The position numbers and the translations under genes were made by a program. From positions 533,646 to 597,645 of the forward strand of contig JANXDH010000004.1 in assembly GCA_025059745.1 (NCBI GenBank): a stretch of DNA of 64,000 nucleotides. Direction: 5' to 3'. Below, in pieces: positions 39,794-49,657 of this stretch. Within the stretch, counting starts at the first letter, position 1, and each line of letters begins with the position of its first letter. Below the pieces are notes generated by a model. That model was not told the DNA's origin. It did no database searches and saw only the letters and a program-made list of their open reading frames with translations. The stretch is from Aigarchaeota archaeon (GTDB taxonomy: Archaea > Thermoproteota > Nitrososphaeria_A > Caldarchaeales > Calditenuaceae).

Positions 39794-41056
39794 TTACCGT
39801 CTGTCCCAGCTAGGTGCAGGATATGCTAGAGTACCAGTGGCATATTCCCTCGGCCATATCAGTACCTGTTTCATGTTCATCCATTGGATTGCGTAATCCG
39901 GTGCTATCATTCTCCCGGGGTCGCTAGAACCCTCCTTCATGAACTCTACGGGGCCCAATATCGTAGTCATCTTGGTGTTGGAGAGAGCCTCCCTGATCGA
40001 TTCTCTGGTCAAGGATCTAGCGTTCTCTATGGCGTTGGCTATTATCTGAAGCGCCGCGTAATCGGCTCCGTGCTCCTTCCCAGGTTCTTTATTGTACTTC
40101 GCGACGAACTTTCTATAGAACTCTTGACTACCAGGGTATGGTAGCGCGGGGTGCCACGTGACTGCAGTAACTACCGCGTAGTTTGAGTCGACCCTCAAGG
40201 TGTCTGCATAAGAGATGAACGAGTGTGCTGTCCAACCGACATACAGCCTGGGGTAATAGTTGTTAGTCTTCATCTGTCTATCGAAGTTGAAGACGTCTGA
40301 GTGGAAGAAGATCACATTGACTAGCACGTCCGGGTTGAGAGTCCTAAGCCTGAGTATGGACGGTGTGAAGTCCGTCTGACCGGCCGTTACGTTCTCCTTC
40401 AGTACTATTCTGTCCCCGTATCCTCTATTCTTCGCTACATCGACGAAAGAGACCAACGCTTCCCTCCCGAACGCGGTGTTGTCAGCCACTATCGCGAACG
40501 TCCTAGGACGTCGATCACTAGGTATGAGGTTCTCGACTACGTCGAACAGGACCGGCCAGTCTTGATAGAAGTGCTTGTAGGCTGAAAAGACGTACTTGAA
40601 CCCCCTCCTTGTCAGCTCCGCAGTAGATGTCTGGACGGTGACTATCGGTAGTCCCAGTCTTTCGGCTGCAGGAGCCGCCGAGAGCGCGAATACGGTGCCC
40701 GCAGGTCCGAAGACTACGAGAGCACCCTCGCTCGCTAGCCTCTCCATGTTCTGTGCCGATATGGCTGGATTGCTCTGATCATCTAGTAGAATCGTTCTAA
40801 CAGGTATCCTCCTATTATACGCCTTCACGAGCAACCCGCCCTGAGCCCTCACCTCCTCAAGCCATATCTCGAGGGTCTCCTGACCTGTCAACCCGATAGG
40901 CGCAGACCCGCCTGTCAAGGGTAGGTTAACGCCGATCACGATCTCTCTGGGTATTTCAGGTGCTGGAGGCGCCGATAGGAGTAGGAACCCGAAACCGCCA
41001 GCGATGAGGACAACAACCACGAGGATAACTAAGACTAAAGTTTTTCTTGGGATCAT
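39794..41056 (-). CDS. Branched-chain amino acid ABC transporter substrate-binding protein (membrane anchored)
   Basis: N-terminal TM anchor, IGVNLPLTG, DDQSNP, DFTPSILRLR, TILGPVEF. Confidence 0.88.
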   Translation of the reverse strand: MIPRKTLVLVILVVVVLIAGGFGFLLLSAPPAPEIPREIVIGVNLPLTGGSAPIGLTGQETLEIWLEEVRAQGGLLVKAYNRRIPVRTILLDDQSNPAISAQNMERLASEGALVVFGPAGTVFALSAAPAAERLGLPIVTVQTSTAELTRRGFKYVFSAYKHFYQDWPVLFDVVENLIPSDRRPRTFAIVADNTAFGREALVSFVDVAKNRGYGDRIVLKENVTAGQTDFTPSILRLRTLNPDVLVNVIFFHSDVFNFDRQMKTNNYYPRLYVGWTAHSFISYADTLRVDSNYAVVTAVTWHPALPYPGSQEFYRKFVAKYNKEPGKEHGADYAALQIIANAIENARSLTRESIREALSNTKMTTILGPVEFMKEGSSDPGRMIAPDYAIQWMNMKQVLIWPREYATGTLAYPAPSWDRR

Positions 41057-41219
41057 ATTAATAGATCATTATATTATGTTATATAAACTTTAATAACAGT
41101 TAACGGAAGACCGCCTACTGCACCGCCCCTCGGGCTCAGATCTCCCTCCGTAGATCTTAGCGACTCTCTTAGAGTTCAGGCCCCTCTTTATAAAGTGGGA
41201 AATTGATGTTAAGAAAAAG

Positions 41220-42263
41220 ATGACGAAACCCATCGCCCGACGACTCAGAGAGTCCGATGAGGAAGAGCTACTCCAATGGATCTCGACGAACAGGTTAAGA
41301 AAGGTCCTGATCCAGGCCCCACTCGGTCTAAAACACCTGATTTCGGAGGTGAAGGCGGTATTGGAGCGATCCTCAGTAGATTACGTCGTGTCGGCTTCGA
41401 ACTGCTGGGGTGGGTGCGACGTGGCTGTGGGCGAGGCTCTGCGAGTCCGTGCAGACGGTATAGTACACATAGGACACGCACCCTTCATGAGGATAGATAG
41501 CGTGAAGGTGTTCTATCTCGAGGGCAGGTACCTAGACCCCGAGCCTTTACTGAACGTACTCGGACCCACAATCGAGCAACTATCCGGGCACTCGCGCGTA
41601 GGTCTCGGGATGAGCGTGCAGTGGCTAAACTTCCTTGATCTGGTGATATCGAAATTGAATGATCACGGGATAGAGGCAGTCACCGGCGAAGCTGAAGGTC
41701 GCTTAGCACACAGAGGCCAAGTGATCGGCTGCGACTACACGCCGTTGATGAAACTCAAGGGAGCGGTCGATGTGTACCTTTGCATAGGCTCACTTTTTCA
41801 CTCGTTGGGACTGGCCATGACCTCTTCCAAGCCAACTCTCTCTGCTGACCCACACACGTGCAAGGTCCTCTGGGCGAACGAACTGGCGGATAGAATGTAC
41901 AGGCAGCGCTACGCCAACATAGAGAGATTTAAGTCCGCGAGAAAAATAGGAGTTATACTCAGCACAAAGCCTGGGCAGTACTTGCCCGGATTGGCGAAGA
42001 GGATCACCAGCCTCCTAAAGGATCGCGGTTACGAGGCTGACGAACTGGTCACGGATGAGGTCAACGAGTACTTATTGATGGATCAGAGGTACGACGCCTA
42101 CGTTAACAGCGCCTGTCCTAGGCTGAGCGTGGAGGACCAGTCAAAGTTCACCAAACCACTCCTATTACCCTCGGAGGTACTGGTAGCGCTGAACATAATA
42201 TCGTGGTCAGAGTTCCTAGAAAGGGGTCTGCTATTCAGAATGTACGTCCCCGGAGGTGTCTGA
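41220..42263 (+). CDS. dph2: Diphthamide biosynthesis radical enzyme Dph2
   Basis: IQAPLGL, CWGGCD, GQVIGCD, STKPGQ, NSACPRL (three Fe-S cysteines). Confidence 0.9.
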   Translation: MTKPIARRLRESDEEELLQWISTNRLRKVLIQAPLGLKHLISEVKAVLERSSVDYVVSASNCWGGCDVAVGEALRVRADGIVHIGHAPFMRIDSVKVFYLEGRYLDPEPLLNVLGPTIEQLSGHSRVGLGMSVQWLNFLDLVISKLNDHGIEAVTGEAEGRLAHRGQVIGCDYTPLMKLKGAVDVYLCIGSLFHSLGLAMTSSKPTLSADPHTCKVLWANELADRMYRQRYANIERFKSARKIGVILSTKPGQYLPGLAKRITSLLKDRGYEADELVTDEVNEYLLMDQRYDAYVNSACPRLSVEDQSKFTKPLLLPSEVLVALNIISWSEFLERGLLFRMYVPGGV

Positions 42264-42265
42264 TC

Positions 42266-42844
42266 TTGAAGAGGGATTTAGCGTTCCCAGGGAAGAGACT
42301 ATGCGTCATAGAAGAGTTCTTACCAGGTCGATACGCGTTCATCTCTCAGGGCGGTGAGGTCGTATCTTCAGTGATCGGCTACCCGGTATATGACACGAAA
42401 CAGCACGTCGTCAGCGTGAGTTCGATGAGGCCCTCCCTCAAACCGGTCGTCGGAGATGTCGTGCTCTGTGAGGTGAGAGAGGTCCAAGACCGCGTGGTGC
42501 TCTGTGACATAATAGCGAAGGAGGGGGGAGAGGTGAAGTACAGGTGGAACGGAGCGATAGTTACCACGCCCAGGAGCGGTAAGGCCTCGCTACCCGCGTT
42601 CACCATCGGAGATTTGGTGGTGGCTGTTGTGAAGTCGGAGAGCTTCGGCATGTACGAGTTAACGATAGACGAGAAGGGGTTAGGTGTCGTGCTCGCCTTC
42701 TGCGACTATTGCGGGAGAAACCTGATTTACAGGAGGGGCTCACTGGTCTGCAACAAGTGTAGAGTCGCGTTCAGGAGGAAGACGGTGAGTTACTATGGGA
42801 ACAGGGAGGCGATACTATCAAGGTTTGGGCTTCAGTTATCTTAA
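42266..42844 (+). CDS. csl4: Exosome RNA-binding subunit Csl4
   Basis: PGKRLCVIEEFLPG, S1 domain, GLGVVLAFCDYCG...CNKC...RRK; TTG 42266 follows GGAGGTG. Confidence 0.85.
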   Translation: MKRDLAFPGKRLCVIEEFLPGRYAFISQGGEVVSSVIGYPVYDTKQHVVSVSSMRPSLKPVVGDVVLCEVREVQDRVVLCDIIAKEGGEVKYRWNGAIVTTPRSGKASLPAFTIGDLVVAVVKSESFGMYELTIDEKGLGVVLAFCDYCGRNLIYRRGSLVCNKCRVAFRRKTVSYYGNREAILSRFGLQLS

Positions 42845-42856
42845 AATAAGAGAGGT

Positions 42857-43156
42857 GTGAGGTGGCCCCCGTTGGAGCTGAAGGTAGCTGGTTTGAGGGA
42901 GGACTTTCTCGAGCTGGATACCGGGGGAGTGGACTTCAGCGTCCTCGACTCCTTGAAGACGATCCTCAATGAGGACCAGCGCATCGAGTATGCAGGTGTT
43001 AACCTGACGCACCCCCTAACCCGTCGTATAAGGTTCATCGTGAAGTCAAAAGGTAATGTTGACGTGATGATCGTAGTCAAAGAGGGAATCGATAAACTCA
43101 TGAAGCTCTCTAACGAGCTCAGTACCTTGATCGGGGACACATTGGGTAGGAGTTGA
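42857..43156 (+). CDS. rpoL: DNA-directed RNA polymerase subunit L (Rpo11)
   Basis: YAGVNLTHPL motif and the canonical dph2-csl4-rpoL-tfs order. Confidence 0.78.
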   Translation: MRWPPLELKVAGLREDFLELDTGGVDFSVLDSLKTILNEDQRIEYAGVNLTHPLTRRIRFIVKSKGNVDVMIVVKEGIDKLMKLSNELSTLIGDTLGRS

Positions 43157-43212
43157 TAAACCGTTGGCGATAAAATATTAAATTAGTAGGAGTTTGGTTG
43201 TGTGTTACGAAT

Positions 43213-43542
43213 ATGGAGTTCTGTCCTAAGTGCGGGGGAATACTCTCGGCCTCAAAGCGTTCAGGTGGAAACTCCTTGAGGTGTCGTAAGTGCGGCTTCG
43301 AGAAGTCCTCGAGTGAGAGCTACGTGACGATAGCCAAGTTCGGTAAGAAGAGACAGGGAGTCGCGTTCCTCATAGAGGACACCGAGGCCGAATTACACCC
43401 TAAGACCACCGACATACAGTGCCCAGCATGTGGGAATAGAGAGGCCTACTGGTGGAGCGTCCAGACGAGGTCTGCAGATGAGCCCACCACCCAATTCTTC
43501 AGGTGTACGGGTTGCGGGCACACGTGGAGGGAATACGCCTAG
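43213..43542 (+). CDS. tfs: Transcription factor S (TFS/RpoM)
   Basis: MEFCPKCG...CRKCG; CPACGN...QTRSADEPTTQFFRCTGCGHTWREY with the acidic DE hairpin. Confidence 0.95.
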   Translation: MEFCPKCGGILSASKRSGGNSLRCRKCGFEKSSSESYVTIAKFGKKRQGVAFLIEDTEAELHPKTTDIQCPACGNREAYWWSVQTRSADEPTTQFFRCTGCGHTWREYA

Positions 43543-43545
43543 AGG

Positions 43546-44277
43546 CTATTTCGAGTCCAGTATCAGCGTCGCTACTCGCTTAGTTCCGGAAGGGATGAGG
43601 ATCGATTCCCATACCTCTCTATACGCTACTAACGTACAGATGGCCGCTAACGGTATCCTGCTCTTTTCGAAGTGCCTGATTATCTCTCTGAGCGGACTCA
43701 CGGAGAAGACGCTACTCACGAACAGGACGATTGAGTTCCTTCTGTCTAAAGACTTCAGCGGTATCCAGAGCCTCTGCCTGCTCGCTATGCCGTCCACTCT
43801 ATAGCCTATCTCGACGTACTCTCCTTCTTGCCATAGGGGTTTTTCACTCGCGAAGAATAGGCTCGAGTTGGTCAGGGAGGCGAAGTAAGTCGCTATAGGT
43901 ATCGAGACGATATCGACCGCGAGGACTGAATTTATCTTAACTCCCAGGAGCTCGCTGAACGCGTGTAACGCCATTATCTTCACCTTCTGGACGTCCTGAG
44001 AGATGGTTATCAGGTTGTCTTGCTCGTTCGGCGGGCTCAGCACCTCCTTGATTATCTCACCGGGCTTTATTACCTCGGAGCAGATGTTGACTATCCTATA
44101 CGCGTTCTTGTAGCGGGGCAGCGTTCTCCCGCTCACGTAACGGGATAGGGTCGACGACGGTAACTTGGTCATAGAAGATATCTTCCTGTAATCATGTCTC
44201 GATTTCAGAAACCTCAACATGTCCACGGAGGCCTGAATGAGTCCAGAGGAGTTATTAGTCGAGTAGACGCGTCTCAT
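43546..44277 (-). CDS. HTH + degenerate phosphoribosyltransferase-domain regulator (archaeal PurR-like)
   Basis: N-terminal YRKISSMTKLPSSTLSRYVSGRTLP HTH; PRT-like C-domain (IPIAT...SEKP) lacking the DD loop. Confidence 0.65.
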   Translation of the reverse strand: MRRVYSTNNSSGLIQASVDMLRFLKSRHDYRKISSMTKLPSSTLSRYVSGRTLPRYKNAYRIVNICSEVIKPGEIIKEVLSPPNEQDNLITISQDVQKVKIMALHAFSELLGVKINSVLAVDIVSIPIATYFASLTNSSLFFASEKPLWQEGEYVEIGYRVDGIASRQRLWIPLKSLDRRNSIVLFVSSVFSVSPLREIIRHFEKSRIPLAAICTLVAYREVWESILIPSGTKRVATLILDSK

Positions 44278-44356
44278 CTGCGATCGTTTTTTAAAAGACG
44301 TATATAGGTTTTCTATAAATTAAAATTCGCGATAATACGCAAAAAATTTAGAGCAA

Positions 44357-44848
44357 CTAATGTCTATGCCCATGGTCTGAGGTATGGTCTGAGGGCGTGG
44401 CATCGAAGGACACCCTCTTCCCGCTCTCGAAGATGAGAGTGATGTGGAACTTCTTATAGTCGTGGACGTTTCCGAATATCATCACGTGGTACCCCTCACC
44501 CTCTACTCCGGTGAACCTCACCTCACTCATCGGTCCTATACAAACTCGATCTACCTTTACCATCTTCATCTCATACGGCCCTATCTCGGTCTTATGTAAC
44601 TCTGATTTAACCTTGGCACGTGACCCGGCACCCGTCACTCCTTCTACTTCCACACCAACCACGCAATCACCTGAGAGTCCGTGGTTATGGAGAACGAAGA
44701 AGATGCCCCCTGTATTAGTGCCCAACCTGATGAAGACGTCGTGCACCTCCGGCATGGATCCTACGGCTAGAACAGCAGCGAAAAGCGCGGCGACACCAAC
44801 GACTGCTGTGACTAACGCCAATAAAATTGGTTTGGATAGTTTAACCAT
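44357..44848 (-). CDS. Copper chaperone PCu(A)C
   Basis: Signal/TM helix, ELHKT...MKM...GYHVMI (H-M-H-M) motif, His-rich tail. Confidence 0.85.
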   Translation of the reverse strand: MVKLSKPILLALVTAVVGVAALFAAVLAVGSMPEVHDVFIRLGTNTGGIFFVLHNHGLSGDCVVGVEVEGVTGAGSRAKVKSELHKTEIGPYEMKMVKVDRVCIGPMSEVRFTGVEGEGYHVMIFGNVHDYKKFHITLIFESGKRVSFDATPSDHTSDHGHRH

Positions 44849-44880
44849 TCAACCGCAGATAGACCGGGCAGTATTAAAGG

Positions 44881-46374
44881 CTATCCCTTCACAACTCCTA
44901 TCGGTACCAGCCGAGCCACCTTAGAGCTTATCCCGACCTCGTGCGCGACCTCGACCACCTCATCAGGATCCTTGTACGCCTCGGGCACCTCCTCGACTAT
45001 CGTCTCCATCGTGTCGCCCTTTACGTAAATGCCGCGGCTCTCCAGAACCCTCACCACTGTATCGCCGGAGTACTGTCTCTTCGCTCCTGACCTACTCATG
45101 GTCCTTCCCGCTCCGTGGACGGAAGACCCAAACGTAAGCTCGAGCGAGTTCATCCTACCCATCAGGACCCAGCTCGCGGTCCCCATGCTTCCGGGCACAA
45201 ACACTGGCTGTCCGAGGTCTCTGTAGTCGGTTGGTATGAACTGGCTATAATATGGGTGTCCGCCAGGGAAACTCCTCGTGGCGCCCTTTCGATGGACGAA
45301 GACGTCCACGTCAGAGCCGTCGACTTTATGCCTCTCGAACTTAACTATGTTGTGAGTTATGTCGTACACGATCTTTATCCCCATCTCCTCGGCGGGCCTC
45401 CTGAATACCTCCTCGAAGCTCTGCCTCACCCAGTGACTTATGGCCTGGCGGTTCGCGAACGCAAAGTTAACAGCACACCCGAAGGCCTTCAGGTATTGCG
45501 TCGCCTCTGGGCTGTTGGTTGGTGTGCAGGCCAGCTCCCTGTCTGGCAACCTGAGGTTGTACTTGCTGACAGCCCTCTCCATGACCCTGAGGTAGTCGCT
45601 ACAGATCTGGTGACCGTATCCCCTCGATCCACAGTGTATGAGTACCGTTATCTGGCCCTCTTGGAAGATGCCGAACCTCTTGGCAGCGTTCTGATCGAAT
45701 ATCCTATCGACCCTCTGGATCTCTAGGAAGTGGTTGCCGCTCCCGAGGGTCCCTATCTGTGACTCACCGCGGCTCCTGGCTTGCTGAGAGACAGCGCCGG
45801 GGTCAGGGTCGGGGACGTTCGACGACTTGTACCTAGGGTACCTCCCCTCCTCCTCTATGTTTTTGTAGTCCTCGGGCCACCCCAACCCATATTTCTCGAC
45901 TACGTACCTGGCCCCCTCGACGGCGATCCTGTCCAAGTCGGTGAAGCTCACTCTGAAGTCCCTCCTCCTCGATCCGAGCCCCGCGGGGACGTTACGGAAG
46001 ACTACATCGACCAGCTCCTTTATCCTCAGCCTCACCTCATTATACGTCAGGTTGGTCACCATGAGCCGTACCCCGCAGTTTATATCATACCCAACCCCGC
46101 CGGGTGAGATAACTCCCTCTGAGGCATCCATCGCCGCCACGCCCCCGATGGGAAAACCGTAGCCTTCGTGAGCGTCAGGTAAGACCGCGACTTGCTTCCT
46201 GACGCCGGGCAGAGTCGCTACATTGATGCCCTGTATGATGGTCCTGTCAGTCATCATCTTCTCCAGCAGTCTCTCTGATGCGAACACGTACACGGGGACT
46301 CGCATATCAGACCTGAAGCTCTTATCTATGACCCAGGTGTTCTTGCCGATCTTGTTCAGCTGAACTTTACTCAA
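44881..46374 (-). CDS. rtcB: tRNA-splicing ligase RtcB
   Basis: PDAHEGYGFPIG, GYDINCG, GTLGSGNHFLE, HRKGAT, PGSMG, HGAGR. Confidence 0.97.
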   Translation of the reverse strand: MSKVQLNKIGKNTWVIDKSFRSDMRVPVYVFASERLLEKMMTDRTIIQGINVATLPGVRKQVAVLPDAHEGYGFPIGGVAAMDASEGVISPGGVGYDINCGVRLMVTNLTYNEVRLRIKELVDVVFRNVPAGLGSRRRDFRVSFTDLDRIAVEGARYVVEKYGLGWPEDYKNIEEEGRYPRYKSSNVPDPDPGAVSQQARSRGESQIGTLGSGNHFLEIQRVDRIFDQNAAKRFGIFQEGQITVLIHCGSRGYGHQICSDYLRVMERAVSKYNLRLPDRELACTPTNSPEATQYLKAFGCAVNFAFANRQAISHWVRQSFEEVFRRPAEEMGIKIVYDITHNIVKFERHKVDGSDVDVFVHRKGATRSFPGGHPYYSQFIPTDYRDLGQPVFVPGSMGTASWVLMGRMNSLELTFGSSVHGAGRTMSRSGAKRQYSGDTVVRVLESRGIYVKGDTMETIVEEVPEAYKDPDEVVEVAHEVGISSKVARLVPIGVVKG

Positions 46375-46457
46375 TTCTATCTATATGTCCAGCCTGCGTT
46401 ATATAAAGAATATCCGTGACGAAAATACTAAAATAACTAACCATCGTATTATCACGT

Positions 46458-46940
46458 GTGCCCCAAGTAGGAGATATCGCGCCGGATTTCATGCTGCCGA
46501 ACCAGGACGGTCATTTAGTGAAGTTCTCCGATATATATAAGAAATCAGGCGTCGTACTCTTCTTCTACCCGAAGGACGGATCTCCCGGTTGCACGAGAGA
46601 GGCCTGCGGGATGAGAGACGCTCACGGTGAACTGGGGAGGTTGGGATACGCGGTAGTGGGTGTGAGCGCTGACACCGTGAGGAGCCACAAGATGTTCGCC
46701 GAGAGAAACTCCTTGCCGTACCTACTACTCAGCGACCCTACCAAGAAGGTCGCGGAGATGTACGACGCTCTATCGCTGTTCAAAGTCTTCGTGAGAAGGG
46801 TCACTTACGTGATAGACAAGGGCGGTACGATCAAGTTCATCTACAAGGGTCTGAACCCGTCAAGTCACGTGAGGGAGGTCCTCAATTTCATAAAGAGAGA
46901 TCTCAGCCAACGATCACAGCAAGGGACGGGAACCTCCTAG
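46458..46940 (+). CDS. bcp: Peroxiredoxin Bcp/PrxQ (second copy)
   Basis: FYPKDGSPGCTREACGMRD. Confidence 0.92.
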   Translation: MPQVGDIAPDFMLPNQDGHLVKFSDIYKKSGVVLFFYPKDGSPGCTREACGMRDAHGELGRLGYAVVGVSADTVRSHKMFAERNSLPYLLLSDPTKKVAEMYDALSLFKVFVRRVTYVIDKGGTIKFIYKGLNPSSHVREVLNFIKRDLSQRSQQGTGTS

Positions 46941-47316
46941 AGAACTCTATGACCGCAGATTTATACGTGTAGTAGAGTCCGTCCTCCGTCCTGTTCACGA
47001 GTTTGCTACCCAGCAGCTTCGAGAAGACCCTTGAGGCGATTTCGCCGCCCTGTATCACGTAGCTGTCCCCCCCGAGATCCTCAAATTTCGCGAGGACGAT
47101 CGGGAATATCCTCGCATCGGCCTCGATCTCGGACAGCAACCCCCTAGACCTCTCTAGATCTCCTCTGTTGAATCGATGCACTCCCCTCCCTTGGGTCGGG
47201 ACGTGTGGGTCCTCTTGGAGGAGCAGCTCATTCAAAGACGCCCTGACTGCGGGCGCTATGCTCGCTACCTCCCTCAGCCTTAAGGATATCCATTTGCTCG
47301 CTACCTCCTCCCTCAT
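46903..47316 (-). CDS. Hypothetical protein
   Basis: Abuts the upstream CBS gene on the same strand; no motif recognised. Confidence 0.55.
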   Translation of the reverse strand: MREEVASKWISLRLREVASIAPAVRASLNELLLQEDPHVPTQGRGVHRFNRGDLERSRGLLSEIEADARIFPIVLAKFEDLGGDSYVIQGGEIASRVFSKLLGSKLVNRTEDGLYYTYKSAVIEFSRRFPSLAVIVG

Positions 47317-47694
47317 TCAGAGCTCACCAATTATGAAGAAGTCCATGGTGGAAAGTATGCCTATCACGCGTCTCTCCTCGTTAACGACCGGAAGGTGGCC
47401 GATGTTGTGCGCCCTCATTATGTTCAGGGCCTCCACGGAACTCACGTCCGGGGTCACCGTTATGGGGTTCTTGGTCATGTGAAGCTCAACCCTTTCATCG
47501 AAGTTGACGTTGTTTATCACGTACCTGATCACGTCGCGTTTCGTAACTATGCCCACGCTTCTCCCAGACTCATCTACTATCGGGACCGCACCGATCTTGT
47601 TCCTGTACATCAACTCCACGACCTGCCTGAGCGTAGAGTCGGGTCTGGCAGTTATGACCTTCATGGTCATGAAGTCCTTGACCTTACGCGGCAC
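47317..47694 (-). CDS. CBS-pair domain protein
   Basis: VKDFMT...IGAVPIVD..GIVTKRD; MTKNPIT...IGHLPVV..GILSTMD. Confidence 0.9.
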   Translation of the reverse strand: MPRKVKDFMTMKVITARPDSTLRQVVELMYRNKIGAVPIVDESGRSVGIVTKRDVIRYVINNVNFDERVELHMTKNPITVTPDVSSVEALNIMRAHNIGHLPVVNEERRVIGILSTMDFFIIGEL

Positions 47695-47820
47695 ACCTCG
47701 TCTAAGTTATATGCGCCTCTAATTAAACCATGTTATAAGATTATGGTCAATTTAGAGATTGGATGGCCGTCTATCGATGAGGCTACCTATTTAAGTAGCT
47801 ACGAATCAGAATAAGGTGGC

Positions 47821-48225
47821 TTGACTAGGGGAGTCACACAGCAGATCTTTACGGGCTTCCGGAAGGAAGCCAGGGTGAGGCTGAGGGTCAAATCTGGGAA
47901 GGGGAACGTCTTCATAAACGGCACACCCCTCCACCTCCTCGGGGACGAGATAGCTCGAGAGAAGATCATGACGCCCCTCAGGATGGACGAGAAGTTCTGG
48001 AAAAGCCACGACTTCTTTCTCCACGCGGAGGGCGGAGGCATGATCGGTGTCGCCGATGCAGTAGCTCAGGCCATTGCTAGGTCGATCGCTGCGAGCAACC
48101 CGGCAACAAAGGAGAAGATCATGGGGTACAATCGCTACCTACTCGCGGGGGACCCGAGGAGAACCGAGCCGAAGAAACCGAACAGGAGGTCCGCGAGACG
48201 GTTCAAACAGAAGAGCTACAGGTGA
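47821..48225 (+). CDS. rps9: 30S ribosomal protein S9 (uS9)
   Basis: GKGNVFING, GGG, DPRRTEPKK...QKSYR. Confidence 0.95.
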   Translation: MTRGVTQQIFTGFRKEARVRLRVKSGKGNVFINGTPLHLLGDEIAREKIMTPLRMDEKFWKSHDFFLHAEGGGMIGVADAVAQAIARSIAASNPATKEKIMGYNRYLLAGDPRRTEPKKPNRRSARRFKQKSYR

Positions 48226-48237
48226 TAGGCGGCCTTA

Positions 48238-49380
48238 TCATCTGATCACCTTGCGCCAGAGTATTATGGAGGCCGAGGTCTGTAAAAGTAGCGCGTATAA
48301 CAGGACGATGGGTAGACCTAAACTCACGTCAACGAAGTAACCGAAGACTACACCTGCAGTTAGCGCTCCGCCGCCGTAGGCCGTCCCCAAGATACCATAC
48401 GCGGCGCCCAGACCTGAGCGGTCGACTAACAGGGCTACCGCGGACCTGAAGACGGACTCGTGAGCTCCAATAACGACACCAATCAAGACGCCCGCTATTA
48501 CTAAAGAGGAAACGTCACCGTACATCAGTACCGCCGGGATCACAGATAGCGGCATCATAGGGATCAGGGTTTTGATCTCGTATTTATCGAAGAGTCTGCC
48601 TAGAACGACGGCCGCCACTGCATCAGTCAGCATTATCACCGTATACGTAGCGGGAGTCAACCATCCTACGCCCTGAGAGTTCAGGGAGACCAAGTATAGT
48701 AGGAGGGGCGCGGGAATGAGCCCGGTCGCGGTCAGGTACGTCACCAACGACAGGTAAGCGAGCCTCGCCCTTGGCAACGTCACCAGTCTTTTGTTATCAA
48801 CTCTCTCGCGCTCACCTCCTCTGAAAACTGGGAGAAGCATCAGGACACTCAACAGCGTGACGTAGGGGGCGAGGAGAACGTAGAAGGGCATACGGAGGTC
48901 ATTAAAGGTAAGCAACATGAGCGTGACAGTCAGCGGCCCGAGAACAGCGCCCAACTGGTCCAATAACTCATGTATGCCGAAAGCAGTCCCGAGCTTGACG
49001 TCCTTACGGAGAAGGACGATACTTGCGTCCCTGGCGGGAGCCCTAATGCCTCTCGCTATCCTCTCCACGAATATCAGCAGCACCAGCAGCGATAACTCGT
49101 TGACAAAACCCATGAGCGGTACGACTATCAGCAGGCCGTAGCCCGCCCTCATCACTACGTCGTATCTTCTCGTGCGGTCGCTTAGGAACCCTCCGACCGG
49201 CCTCGACAACCAACCAGCCAGCTCGGCGAGTCCGAACACCAGACCGATCAGTGCGGCACCCACGCCCATAGTCATCATGTAGCTAGGGAGCACCGACCTC
49301 GCGCCCTCATAGATGAAGTCGCCGAGGAGACTGATCAGACCTATTATCAGGATCGCACGATAACCCGTGTCGAGTCTCAA
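48238..49380 (-). CDS. Major facilitator superfamily transporter
   Basis: SLLGDFIYEGARS, GFLSDRT, ERIARGIRAPARD, AFGIHELLDQLGAVLGP; about 12 TM helices. Confidence 0.9.
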   Translation of the reverse strand: MRLDTGYRAILIIGLISLLGDFIYEGARSVLPSYMMTMGVGAALIGLVFGLAELAGWLSRPVGGFLSDRTRRYDVVMRAGYGLLIVVPLMGFVNELSLLVLLIFVERIARGIRAPARDASIVLLRKDVKLGTAFGIHELLDQLGAVLGPLTVTLMLLTFNDLRMPFYVLLAPYVTLLSVLMLLPVFRGGERERVDNKRLVTLPRARLAYLSLVTYLTATGLIPAPLLLYLVSLNSQGVGWLTPATYTVIMLTDAVAAVVLGRLFDKYEIKTLIPMMPLSVIPAVLMYGDVSSLVIAGVLIGVVIGAHESVFRSAVALLVDRSGLGAAYGILGTAYGGGALTAGVVFGYFVDVSLGLPIVLLYALLLQTSASIILWRKVIR

Positions 49381-49444
49381 TTTATGTCCCCCAATAGCGT
49401 CTCGTATTTATAGAGGTTCTGCGCTCTTATTCCAGACTCCACGT

Positions 49445-49657
49445 ATGATGTTCCCAATAAGGTGCTTCTCCTGCGGATCTCCAATAGGGGACAAGTGGGA
49501 TGAGTACAAGTCGATGATTGACTCGGGTACCGAACCGTCCAAGGCCCTTGACAAACTGGGGATAACCAGATACTGCTGCAGGAGGATGTTCATAAGTCAC
49601 GTGGACGTGATGGAGGACCTAGTGAAGTTCCACTCGCTCTACGGTACCGGTGTTTGA
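49445..49657 (+). CDS. rpoN: DNA-directed RNA polymerase subunit N (Rpo10)
   Basis: MMFPIRCFSCG...LDKLGITRYCCRRM; ATG at 49445. Confidence 0.96.
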   Translation: MMFPIRCFSCGSPIGDKWDEYKSMIDSGTEPSKALDKLGITRYCCRRMFISHVDVMEDLVKFHSLYGTGV

